Shown here piece after piece: positions 23,694-31,720 of a stretch of 37,431 nucleotides of DNA. A model generated the notes under the pieces. That model had not been told where the DNA came from, searched no databases, and was given only the letters and a program-made list of their open reading frames with translations. The translations under genes were made by a program, and so were the position numbers. Numbering within the stretch: the stretch's first letter is position 1; every line of letters begins with the position of its first letter. The stretch comes from Actinomycetota bacterium. GTDB taxonomy: Bacteria > Actinomycetota > Acidimicrobiia > IMCC26256 > PALSA-555. The DNA is taken from contig JBJSXO010000198.1 of assembly GCA_046086425.1 (NCBI GenBank), positions 1 to 37,431 of the forward strand, in the 5' to 3' direction.

Positions 23694-24553
23694 GCGTCGC
23701 GTGGGCAGTGGGCGGACTGGCCGTCGCCGGGTCGCTGGCCCGCGTCGCGTGGCGTGACCCCACCCGGGCGCGCCTGCGCCGCGACCGCCCGCAGACCCGG
23801 TGGGCGCTCCCGGCACCGATCCGGAGCCGGCTCGGCCGTGTGCTTGCGGACGCCCCGATCGCACTCACGCCGGAGGACGCCGTGCTCGGGATGCTCGTCG
23901 CGGTGCTCGTTGCGGTTGCGCTCGCGTCGGCACTCTCGCCCGTGCTGGCGCTCCCCGCCGCGCTGGTGACGCTTGCCGCCGGGCCGGTCGCGCTGGTCCT
24001 GGCCCGCGGGCGCGCGCAACGACGGTTCGTCGCCGCGCTCCCGGGCTTCGTCGACCTGGTGGCGGCCCGGCTCCGCAGTGGGCACACGGTCGCCACGGCC
24101 CTGGCCGACGCCGCCGGGACCGAGGATGCGGTGGCCCCGGACCTCGAGCGGTTGCTGCGGCGCGTCGTGCTGGGTGAGCCGCTCGAGACCGCACTGTCCT
24201 GGTGGGCGGACACGCGCGAGCTCGACGCGGTCCGGGCCGTGGCCGGGTCGTTGGCGGTGGCGGCCGCCACCGGCGGTGCGGCCGCCGATGCGCTGGAGGG
24301 CCTGGCCCGCTCGTTGCGCGACCAGCTCGGCGCCCGGGCCGAGGCGGCTGCGCTGTCGGCCCAGGCACGGCTGTCGGCGGTGGTGGTCGGGGTCGCGCCC
24401 ATCGCCTACGTGGCGTTCGCAGCAGCCGTCGACCCGGCCTCGGCGGCGATCCTGGTGTCGTCGCCGGTCGGACGGGTGTGCCTGGTCACCGGCATCGCCT
24501 TGGACCTCCTCGGTGTGCAGTGGATGCGCCGGATCGTGCGCAGCGAGCCGTGA
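23678..24553 (+). CDS. tadB: Type II secretion system F-family protein (TadB-like)
   Basis: N-terminal TM, a T2SS-F helical domain (LPGFVDLVAARLRSGHTVATAL) and C-terminal TMs. Its position follows tadA. Confidence 0.8.
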   Translation: MVLVLSVAWAVGGLAVAGSLARVAWRDPTRARLRRDRPQTRWALPAPIRSRLGRVLADAPIALTPEDAVLGMLVAVLVAVALASALSPVLALPAALVTLAAGPVALVLARGRAQRRFVAALPGFVDLVAARLRSGHTVATALADAAGTEDAVAPDLERLLRRVVLGEPLETALSWWADTRELDAVRAVAGSLAVAAATGGAAADALEGLARSLRDQLGARAEAAALSAQARLSAVVVGVAPIAYVAFAAAVDPASAAILVSSPVGRVCLVTGIALDLLGVQWMRRIVRSEP

Positions 24554-25206
24554 GGCCGGATCTGATGCTCGGCATCGGATGGGGTGTCGCGATCGCCGTG
24601 CCGATCGTCGTGCGGGCGCGCGCGGTCCCGGCCCGCACGCGGACGGTGACGCTCGCCGGCGCGACCCGCCCGCAGCGTCGTGGATTGCCGCGTTCCCGAT
24701 GGCGGATCGGCCCGGTCCACCGCGTCCTCGACGGCGTCGGGGTGATGATGCGCTCCCGGAGCCGGCGCCGGGCCGTGGTACGCAGCGTCCCGCTGGCCCT
24801 CGATGTCCTCACGATGGCGGCTCGCGCCGGGTACACGCCACGGCTCGCGGTCGAAGCGGCTGCGCAGTGGAGTCCCGAGGCCGTCGGTCGCGTGCTGGCG
24901 GTCGTGGGGGAGCGCTGTCGGCTCGGTGCCTCCTTCGCCGACGCGCTCGGACAGGTCGGTCGCGACGAGCCCGGCCTGCGCGAGCTCGCCGACGGCCTGG
25001 CCGTCGCCGAGCGCGACGGTGCGCCGATCGCCGACCTCCTCGCCCACCTCGCCGACGACGCGCGCGCCGCGTTGCGTCGGCGGGCCGAAGCGCACGCACG
25101 CCGCATCCCCGTTCGTCTCCTCTTCCCTCTCGTCTTCCTCGTCCTGCCGGCGTTCGGCCTGCTGACAGTGGTCCCGGCCCTTGTCGCCGGCCTGCGCCAC
25201 ACCTGA
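24550..25206 (+). CDS. tadC: Type II secretion system F-family protein (TadC-like)
   Basis: LALDVLTMAARAGYTPRLAVE plus C-terminal TMs (LLFPLVFLVLPAFGLLTVVPALV). GTG 24550 overlaps the tadB stop (GTGA); ATG 24565 is an alternative start. Confidence 0.78.
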   Translation: MRPDLMLGIGWGVAIAVPIVVRARAVPARTRTVTLAGATRPQRRGLPRSRWRIGPVHRVLDGVGVMMRSRSRRRAVVRSVPLALDVLTMAARAGYTPRLAVEAAAQWSPEAVGRVLAVVGERCRLGASFADALGQVGRDEPGLRELADGLAVAERDGAPIADLLAHLADDARAALRRRAEAHARRIPVRLLFPLVFLVLPAFGLLTVVPALVAGLRHT

Positions 25207-25216
25207 GGAGCTGCAC

Positions 25217-25456
25217 ATGCACAGCACGGGTTCGAAGGGGATCGGCCGACGAGCGGTCCGGATGCAACGTGGGTTCGGCCGGCTCGCCCGATGGGTGGCC
25301 GCTCGCAGTGGCGACGCTGCGGGTCAGACCACTGCGGAGTACGCGCTCGTCATCCTGGGTGCCGCTGCGGTGGGAACGTTGCTCATTACCTGGGCCACGA
25401 AGAGCCACGCCATCGGCAAGCTCTTCGACGAGGTGGTCGGGAAGATCCTCACGTGA
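25217..25456 (+). CDS. flp: Flp-type pilin (DUF4244 family)
   Basis: G-QTTAEY-ALVILGAAAVGTLLI fits the Flp GXXXXEY processing motif plus a hydrophobic helix. GAGGAG lies 6 nt upstream of ATG 25217; ATG 25262 is an alternative start. Confidence 0.7.
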   Translation: MHSTGSKGIGRRAVRMQRGFGRLARWVAARSGDAAGQTTAEYALVILGAAAVGTLLITWATKSHAIGKLFDEVVGKILT

Positions 25457-25839
25457 TCCGGTCGCTGGGCCGGGCGAGCTGCGGTCGTGGCTCGCCCGGC
25501 CAGGCGACGGTCGAGTTCGCACTCGTCCTGCCCCTGGTCGCGATGGCGATGATGGCGCTCATCCAGGTGGGCCTCGTCGTCCGCGACCAGATTGCGGTCG
25601 TCCACGCCGCACGTGAGGCTGCCCGAGCAGCCTCCGTCGATCCCGACCCGGCTCGGGCGGTGGCGGCGGCTCGCCGCACGCTCCCCGATGCGGAGGTCGT
25701 CATCGGGGCGCGACCCGAGGTCGGTCGCCCCATCGCAGTCGAGGTCTCGTACCGCTCGGTCACCGACCTGGCGCTCGTCGGCCTGCTCTTCCCCGATCCG
25801 GTCCTGCACAGCCGGGTCGTGATGCGGGTGGAACGATGA
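25453..25839 (+). CDS. TadE-like pilus assembly (pseudopilin) protein
   Basis: N-terminal GQATVEFALVLPLVAMAMMALIQVG is a TadE motif. GTGA overlap with flp. Confidence 0.75.
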   Translation: MIRSLGRASCGRGSPGQATVEFALVLPLVAMAMMALIQVGLVVRDQIAVVHAAREAARAASVDPDPARAVAAARRTLPDAEVVIGARPEVGRPIAVEVSYRSVTDLALVGLLFPDPVLHSRVVMRVER

Positions 25840-26210
25840 CGCCAGCGCGCGTGACGGGAGCGCGCGGTGGCACCACCGTCGTGATGCTTGCGGTGCTCGT
25901 CGTGGGCATGGTGTGCATGCTCGGCGCAGCACGGATGGGTGCTGCGCTGCTGGCTCGCGCGCGCGCCGACGCTGCGGCCGACGCCGCGGCGCTCGCCGCG
26001 GCCGATGCGCTGGCTCTGGGCGCCGGATCGTCCACCGCCCGCGCCGACGCCGCGGCCACGGCAGCCGACAACGGCGCCCGCCTCGCCGAGTGCGACTGCG
26101 CAGGGCCGCGAGTGACGGTGACCGTCGTGGTGGATGCACCTGCGCTCGGTCGCGTCGCCCGGGGCCGAGCCAGCGCGGAGGTGGACGGGCCGGGAGTCCC
26201 GCAGCCCTGA
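25836..26210 (+). CDS. Second TadE-like protein (Rv3654c-type, Ala-rich)
   Basis: N-terminal GGTTVVMLAVLVVGMVCMLGA hydrophobic segment, then an AADAAALAAADALA region as in actinobacterial Tad-locus terminal genes. ATGA overlap with the upstream gene. Confidence 0.62.
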   Translation: MTPARVTGARGGTTVVMLAVLVVGMVCMLGAARMGAALLARARADAAADAAALAAADALALGAGSSTARADAAATAADNGARLAECDCAGPRVTVTVVVDAPALGRVARGRASAEVDGPGVPQP

Positions 26211-26218
26211 CGGGGCAG

Positions 26219-26238
26219 CCGGACGCTCACGGGTCCGG
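26219..26238. terminator. Weak hairpin between convergent genes
   Basis: CCGGAC-8 nt-GTCCGG. It lies between the Tad-locus stop (26210) and the LCP stop (26244). There is no U-tract. Confidence 0.2.
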
Positions 26239-26243
26239 GGCCG

Positions 26244-27164
26244 TCAGTGGCTCTGGAGAATGGCGTCGTCGCGGAAGTCGTCGAAGAGGCCCTGGGCCTC
26301 GGCCGCCACCGCGAGGTTGGTCCCGTTGCCCGACGAGCCGGTGGGCAGGAGGATGTTGCGCACCCGGGCGGGATCGAGCGACAACGCGAGCCGGCCGAGG
26401 CCGTAGAGCTCGGCGAGATCCATCCCGTCGGTCTTCACATGGCGGGCCAGGATGGCCACCAGCTTGGCGGTGCCCGCGGCGCCGGGGTTCTGGGCCCGCA
26501 GCGTGGTGAGCGCAGCGATGATCGCCTTGCCCTGGTTGACCGTCCGCTGCCGGTCGCCGGCGGCCGGGTAGCTCTTGCGGTTGCGGCTGTACGCGAGGAG
26601 CGAGTCACCGCTCATCTTGTAGTTGCCGGGCTGGAAGTCGGTGCCGGAGTCGCGGTCGACCATGGGCTCGGTGACGGTGATATCCACGCCGCCGATCTCG
26701 TCGACCATCGACGTGAAGCCGGAGAAGCCGGTGGTGATCGCGTACGAGATGTCGATGCCCATCATGCGCTCGAGCTGCGCGACCATCGAGGGGAGCCCAC
26801 CGGTCGCGTTGGCCGCGTTGATCTTCCCGCCACTCGGTGCCTCGGTGTCGCGCGGCACGTCGATGATGCTCGCGTCTCCGGTTGCGGGATTCACCCCGAT
26901 GACGTGGATGGCGTCACCGAGACCCGGCTCCGGACGGTTCGGGTCCCCGGGGTTGGAGTCGTTGCCGAGCACGAGCACGTAGAAGGGTGCGGCCGGCGCC
27001 TCGGTGTAGCTCGCAGTGGTCCCCACCCGGTGCACGGTGAACCAGGTCGCGGCGCGGGCCGGCTGGGGCGCACCGAGTCCGAGCCACGCAACGGTGAGCG
27101 TCGCCGTGAGGAGGAGGCCGGCGAGGGGCACGACGACCAGGAGGCGGACGAGGGGGTGCTTCAT
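26244..27164 (-). CDS. LytR-CpsA-Psr (LCP) family cell-envelope phosphotransferase
   Basis: N-terminal TM/signal, then FYVLVLGNDS...GDAIHVIGVNP...SIIDVPRDT...ISYAITTGFSGFTSMVDEIGGVDI. ATG 27164 overlaps the upstream stop (ATGA). Confidence 0.85.
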   Translation of the reverse strand: MKHPLVRLLVVVPLAGLLLTATLTVAWLGLGAPQPARAATWFTVHRVGTTASYTEAPAAPFYVLVLGNDSNPGDPNRPEPGLGDAIHVIGVNPATGDASIIDVPRDTEAPSGGKINAANATGGLPSMVAQLERMMGIDISYAITTGFSGFTSMVDEIGGVDITVTEPMVDRDSGTDFQPGNYKMSGDSLLAYSRNRKSYPAAGDRQRTVNQGKAIIAALTTLRAQNPGAAGTAKLVAILARHVKTDGMDLAELYGLGRLALSLDPARVRNILLPTGSSGNGTNLAVAAEAQGLFDDFRDDAILQSH

Positions 27165-27829
27165 CGGGCTGCCGTCGTGGGGGTCGGGGCCGCAGTCGGC
27201 GCGACCGGAGCGGTGGCGCTCGGCTTCACGCCCTTGCCCGTGCGGTCGACGGTGAGGGTGTAGCCGGTGATCTTCCAGGCGCCGTTCTCGGACTCGAGCA
27301 CGAGGTCGCCCCGACGCTTGACGACGACCTTGCCCTTCGCGGTCTTGGCGGTGGCGGTGGCGTCGACGCCGGCGGTCACGACCACGATGGCGCTGTCGCC
27401 GTCGGCCAGCCCGGTCAGGGCCACCGGTGCGGCGCTGACCTTGACCGCCGACGTCGGCTTGGGCAGTCCTTCGTCGACGAGCACCGCGCGGTCCGGACCG
27501 GTGAGCCGGCCGGCCACGCCGGGAGCCAGCGTCGAGGTGAGGGTGACCTCGTCGGCCTTGCCCTTCTGGAGGGCCGTCACGGTGGCGGCCTTGACGTAGC
27601 GGACGAGCGTGGCCATCACGGCGCTGCGCACGGCATCGGGGATGGTGTCGGGCGCACCGCCGACCTTGTAGACGGTGACCTCGCCCGGGGCGATCTTGAC
27701 GACGGGCTTGGGCTTCTTCGCCGCGCCGGCGGGAGGGACTGCGATGCCGGCCACGGCGAAGGCGGTGACGGCACTGACGGCACACGCGGCGCGCCGGACG
27801 CGCGCCGCCGTCATGGGGGGCTTGGGCAT
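27161..27829 (-). CDS. Secreted hypothetical protein
   Basis: Signal peptide MPKPPMTAARVRRAACAVSAVTAFAVAGIAVPPAGA. The C-terminal beta-rich part ends in a Pro/Thr/Ala tail. It is co-oriented and coupled with the LCP gene. Confidence 0.6.
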   Translation of the reverse strand: MPKPPMTAARVRRAACAVSAVTAFAVAGIAVPPAGAAKKPKPVVKIAPGEVTVYKVGGAPDTIPDAVRSAVMATLVRYVKAATVTALQKGKADEVTLTSTLAPGVAGRLTGPDRAVLVDEGLPKPTSAVKVSAAPVALTGLADGDSAIVVVTAGVDATATAKTAKGKVVVKRRGDLVLESENGAWKITGYTLTVDRTGKGVKPSATAPVAPTAAPTPTTAAR

Positions 27830-27883
27830 GACGCCGCAGGGTACACATCGATCGGCGTGATCGAGCGTCACCCCGCCGCTCGC

Positions 27884-27889
27884 TAGCGT
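27884..27889 (+). promoter_or_regulatory. Candidate -10 hexamer TAGCGT, 7 nt upstream of ATG 27897 (leaderless-type start)
   Basis: TAnnnT hexamer, no SD sequence, 7-nt gap to the start codon. Confidence 0.3.
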
Positions 27890-27896
27890 GGTCGTC

Positions 27897-28250
27897 ATGG
27901 CGTTCCGCAAGGCCGTGCACCGGCTGACCGCGCCCACCGAGCAGCTCGACCGCGAGGCGCTGTCCGACTTCTGCAAGGACCGGGGGTTCACCCCGATCGC
28001 GTCGATCGAGCCCCGCCGGCGGGTGGCCACCGGGGGGGAGGTCCGCTCCGTGCGCATCGTCCCGCGCGCAGGAGCGCCGGCACTCGAGGTCACCTTCTCC
28101 GACGGGGGCGCGTCGGCCACCGCGGTGTTCCTGGGGCGACGCAAGATCGCGGGGCTGGCCCCTGGCCGCAAACTGGCCGTGGAGGGGATGGTGGCGTCGG
28201 TGGGCCGCCAGCTCGTGCTCTACAACCCGGACTACACCTTCATCGGCTGA
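27897..28250 (+). CDS. OB-fold domain protein of the TrkA neighbourhood
   Basis: About 117 aa, reading RVATGGEVRSVRIVPRAGAPALEVTFSDGGASATAVFLGRRKIAGLAPGRKLAVEGMV. The OB-like beta pattern and the position next to the trkA pair match other actinobacteria. Confidence 0.65.
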   Translation: MAFRKAVHRLTAPTEQLDREALSDFCKDRGFTPIASIEPRRRVATGGEVRSVRIVPRAGAPALEVTFSDGGASATAVFLGRRKIAGLAPGRKLAVEGMVASVGRQLVLYNPDYTFIG

Positions 28251-28251
28251 G

Positions 28252-28279
28252 CCCCGAGCCGGGCCGGGGGCACTCGGGG
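28252..28279. terminator. Hairpin between convergent genes
   Basis: CCCCGAG-14 nt-CTCGGGG. It lies between the OB-fold gene stop and the trkA stop. Confidence 0.25.
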
Positions 28280-28283
28280 TGGC

Positions 28284-28946
28284 TCAGGCGCCGGTGAGGA
28301 TGCGGCGCATCGGCTCCTCGGAGTCGGGCGTCACCAGCGCGAGCACCTCGTCGCGGGCCTCGAACACGGTGTCGCCCCGGGGCATCACCACGTGCTCGCT
28401 GCGGACCACGGCCACGATGGTGGCGTCCCGGGGCATGTCCACCTCTCGGATCGCCTGGTCGATGACCGGGGAGTCGTCGGCGAGTGTGACCTCGACCAGA
28501 CGGGCGTTGCCACCCCCGAACTGCAGGAGGCGCACGAGGCGCCCGACGGTGACGGCTTCCTCCACCAGCGCAGTGATGAGGTGCGGGGTCGACACCGAGA
28601 GGTCGACACCCCAGTTCTCGTTGAACATCCACTCGTTCTGCGGGTGGTTGACCCGGGCGATCACCCGGGGGACGGCGAACTCCTGCTTGGCGAGGAGCGA
28701 GACCACCAGGTTGTCCTCGTCGTCACCGGTTGCCGCGACCACCACGTCGCAGCGGTCGAGGCCGGCGTCGGCGAGCGAGGTGACCTCGCACGCGTCGGCG
28801 ATGAACCACTCCACGCCTTCCGCCACCTCGGCGCGGTCGCGAACCTCGGGCTGCTGCTCGATGAGCAGCACCTCGTGCCCGGCGGCGAAGAGGTCGTTGG
28901 CGATGTACGAGCCGACGTTCCCGGCTCCGGTGATGGCGACACGCAT
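28284..28946 (-). CDS. trkA: TrkA-family K+ uptake regulatory protein (RCK: NAD-binding + C domain)
   Basis: MRVAITGAGNVGSYIANDL...HEVLLIE Rossmann motif plus a TrkA-C segment. 220 aa. Confidence 0.9.
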   Translation of the reverse strand: MRVAITGAGNVGSYIANDLFAAGHEVLLIEQQPEVRDRAEVAEGVEWFIADACEVTSLADAGLDRCDVVVAATGDDEDNLVVSLLAKQEFAVPRVIARVNHPQNEWMFNENWGVDLSVSTPHLITALVEEAVTVGRLVRLLQFGGGNARLVEVTLADDSPVIDQAIREVDMPRDATIVAVVRSEHVVMPRGDTVFEARDEVLALVTPDSEEPMRRILTGA

Positions 28947-29608
28947 CAGTGCACCGGTCCATGGTCGAGGCGTCCGCGGAGCTCGTCGACGGCGTCCACG
29001 TCGGACACGAACAGCAGGACGTCCCCCTCCTGGCCCATGACGGTCGGGGACACGATCTGGGCGCGGCCGAGGCGGGACACTGCCGTGAGCCAGAAGCGGC
29101 CGGGCTCGTTGAGGTCGGCGAGCTTCTTCCCGGCCCAGGACGTGGGCAGGTTGAACTCGAGGAGGCAGACCGTGCCGCCGGGGTCGACCCAGTCGTGGGG
29201 CTGCTCGTCGCTCGGCAGCAGCCGGCGCAGGACCTGGTCGGTGGTCCAGGACACCGTGGCGACCGTCGGGATGCCCAGCCGCTGGTAGATCACGGCGCGA
29301 CGCGGGTCGTAGATGCGGGCCACGACCCGCTCGATCCCGTAGTTCTCGCGTGCGATGCGGGCGGTGAGGATGTTGGTGTTGTCACCGCTGGTCACCGCGG
29401 CGACGGCGCCGGCTCCCTCGATGCCGGCTTCGGCGAGGTCGTCACGGTCGAAGCCGAGGCCGACGATCGTGCGCCCGGCGAACCCGGCGGGGAGGCGGCG
29501 GAACGCCTTGGGACTCTTGTCGATGATGGCCACGGTGTGGCCCGCCTTCTCGAGCAGGCTCGAGAGCTCGGTTCCCACGCGGCCGCAGCCGACGACGACG
29601 ACGTGCAC
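28946..29608 (-). CDS. trkA: TrkA-family K+ uptake regulatory protein (second paralogue)
   Basis: VHVVVVGCGRVGTELSSLLEKAGHTVAIID Rossmann motif plus TrkA-C. GTG 29608 is preceded by GGAGGG. The stop overlaps the downstream ATG. Confidence 0.9.
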   Translation of the reverse strand: MHVVVVGCGRVGTELSSLLEKAGHTVAIIDKSPKAFRRLPAGFAGRTIVGLGFDRDDLAEAGIEGAGAVAAVTSGDNTNILTARIARENYGIERVVARIYDPRRAVIYQRLGIPTVATVSWTTDQVLRRLLPSDEQPHDWVDPGGTVCLLEFNLPTSWAGKKLADLNEPGRFWLTAVSRLGRAQIVSPTVMGQEGDVLLFVSDVDAVDELRGRLDHGPVH

Positions 29609-29807
29609 GGCACCCTCCTGAGAGTCCCGGATGCTAACGGGCGTGCGGGCCTGTCGGGCAACGAGGTCCGGGCGAGCGGCACCGGTTGCGTGGATCCGCG
29701 TGAGGAGGATCGAGGGGACCGGGCGCCGCAGCCCACCGGGGTCGTCCCCGGGGGCCGGCTGGTGGCAGAGTGGCGGTCGAGCACGTGTCGTCGCGGTGGG
29801 AGACCTG

Positions 29808-31658
29808 ATGCTGGAGACGGTGAAGCGACTGCTGGTCGGGAGACCGCTCGCCACGACCGAGCAGGAGCACCAGCGCATCCCGAAGAAGATCGCCCTCGCG
29901 GTCTTCTCCTCGGACGCCATCTCGTCCACGGCCTACGCGACGGAGGAGATCCTGTTCGTCACCGCGGCGGCGGCGGGCTCGAGCCTCGCGCTGGGCCTCA
30001 ACACGCTCATTCCGATCGCCATCGCCGTGGCCAGCCTGCTCACCATCGTGGCGTTCTCGTATCGCCAGACCATCTTCTCGTACCCGAGCGGTGGCGGTTC
30101 GTACGTGGTGAGCCGCGAGAACCTGGGCGAGAACCCGTCGCTCGTCGCCGGTGCGTCGTTGCTCGTCGACTACATCCTCACGGTTGCGGTGTCGATCTCG
30201 GCCGGCGTCGCCGCGATCATCTCGATCCCCACCTTCAGCAGCCTCGGACAGCACCGGGTGCTGCTCGGGATCGTGCTGATCGTGCTCATCACGCTCGCCA
30301 ACCTGCGGGGGGTCAAGGAGTCGGGCACGCTCTTTTCGTTCCCGACCTACCTGTACATCGGGATGCTCAGCGCGCTGGTGTTCTACGGCCTCTACCTGTG
30401 CTTCTTCGGCAACGACCCCGGACACGTGCCTCTGAACGACCCCGGGTGGGAGGGGGCGGCGACCGGCGGTTCGCTGAGCCTGTTCCTCATCCTGAAGGGC
30501 TTCTCCTCGGGCGCAGTGGCGCTTACCGGAGTGGAGGCGATCTCCAACGGCGTGCCCGCCTTCCGTCGGCCCGAGTCAAAGAACGCGGCCCAGACCCTGG
30601 TGTGGATGGCGGTGATCCTCGGCACCCTGTTCTTCGGCGTGTCGGTGCTCGCCCACCACGTCCGTCCCTATCCGAGCGAGGAGCAGACCGTCATCGCCCA
30701 GATGGGCCTGCTGATCTTCGGCAACGGCGCGATCTTCTTCGTGCTCCAGGTCGCCACCGCGCTGATCCTCACCCTGGCGGCGAACACGGCGTACGCCGAC
30801 TTCCCTCGCCTTTCTTCGATCATCGCCCGCGACGGCTACCTCCCGAGGCAGCTCGCGAACCGCGGCGATCGGCTGGTGTTCTCGAACGGCGTCGTGTTCC
30901 TCGCTGCGGCGGCCGGTGCGCTGCTGGTCGCCTTCGGCGGCAAGACCAACGCGCTGATCCCGCTTTACGCGGTCGGGGTGTTCACGTCGTTCACCCTTTC
31001 GCAGTCGGGCATGGTCCGCCACCACCAGAAGGAGCGCGAGCCGGGCTGGAAGGTCGGCGCGATCGTCAACGGCGTGGGCGCCACCGCCACCTTCGTGGTG
31101 CTCATGATCGTCGGCGTGACGAAGTTCTCCAGCGGCGCCTGGGTGCCGATCGTCGTGATCCCCTTCATCATCTTGATCTTCAAGGGGATCCGCCGGCACT
31201 ACGACCGGGTGGAGAAGAGCCTGTACGTGGAGCCCGGGTTCCGACCCCGCCGGATGAACCACACCGTGGTGGTGCTGGTGGGCCGTGTCCACCGCGGTGT
31301 GCTCGACGCCCTGGCCTACGCCAAGTCGCTCAATCCGACGCACCTGCTCGCGGTCAGCGTGGTCACCGACGACGAGGAGCAGGAGCGGATCGCGCAGCAG
31401 TGGGACGAGTTCGGCCTCGACGTCCAGCTCGAGACCGTCTACTCCCCGTACCGGGAGCTGACCCGCCCCATCCTGCGCTTCGTCGACGAGCTCGAAGCCC
31501 GCTACGACAACGAGATCATCACGGTGCTGATTCCGGAGTTCGTCGTGAGCCACTGGTGGCAGCACATCCTGCACAACCAGAGCGCGCTCATCCTCAAGGG
31601 CCGGCTCCTCTTCCGCCGGGGCCTGGTGGTCACCTCGGTCCCGTACCACACCGACTAG
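29808..31658 (+). CDS. APC-superfamily permease with a ~200-aa cytoplasmic C-terminal domain
   Basis: 12 TM segments with an APC-like N-terminus (KKIALAVFSSDAISSTAYATEEIL). Divergent from the trkA pair. GGGAG lies upstream of ATG 29808. Confidence 0.82.
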   Translation: MLETVKRLLVGRPLATTEQEHQRIPKKIALAVFSSDAISSTAYATEEILFVTAAAAGSSLALGLNTLIPIAIAVASLLTIVAFSYRQTIFSYPSGGGSYVVSRENLGENPSLVAGASLLVDYILTVAVSISAGVAAIISIPTFSSLGQHRVLLGIVLIVLITLANLRGVKESGTLFSFPTYLYIGMLSALVFYGLYLCFFGNDPGHVPLNDPGWEGAATGGSLSLFLILKGFSSGAVALTGVEAISNGVPAFRRPESKNAAQTLVWMAVILGTLFFGVSVLAHHVRPYPSEEQTVIAQMGLLIFGNGAIFFVLQVATALILTLAANTAYADFPRLSSIIARDGYLPRQLANRGDRLVFSNGVVFLAAAAGALLVAFGGKTNALIPLYAVGVFTSFTLSQSGMVRHHQKEREPGWKVGAIVNGVGATATFVVLMIVGVTKFSSGAWVPIVVIPFIILIFKGIRRHYDRVEKSLYVEPGFRPRRMNHTVVVLVGRVHRGVLDALAYAKSLNPTHLLAVSVVTDDEEQERIAQQWDEFGLDVQLETVYSPYRELTRPILRFVDELEARYDNEIITVLIPEFVVSHWWQHILHNQSALILKGRLLFRRGLVVTSVPYHTD

Positions 31659-31690
31659 CCGGGCCGCAGCGTCGGCACCGGGCCGTCGGG

Positions 31691-31720
31691 TTGGACTTGG
31701 CCCGGTCTCTCCCGTAGGGT
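31691..31720 (+). promoter_or_regulatory. Candidate hppA promoter (TTGGAC-18 nt-TAGGGT)
   Basis: -35-like and TAnnnT hexamers. This implies a ~110-nt GC-rich leader before the AGGAG SD and ATG 31836. Confidence 0.3.

Noticed and set aside
23973-25616. 547-aa plus-strand ORF across tadB, tadC and flp
   Set aside because: It is out of frame relative to three genes that have clear family motifs. It has Arg/Pro-rich composition.
26244-27920. 558-aa version of the LCP ORF
   Set aside because: Only the C-terminal 306 aa (from MKHPLVRLL...) look like an LCP protein with a signal/TM segment. The upstream part is out-of-frame read-through of the neighbouring secreted-protein gene.
29609-29807. Possible c-di-AMP (ydaO-type) riboswitch upstream of the K+ transport genes
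   Set aside because: Only a fortuitous GCTAAC and some GGGGAC-like strings are present. The order and spacing of the conserved ydaO elements are not there on either strand.
28949-31717. 922-aa plus-strand ORF, and the 799-aa minus-strand ORF 30576-32975
   Set aside because: Both are shadow ORFs overlapping trkA, the APC permease and hppA. Neither has motifs.
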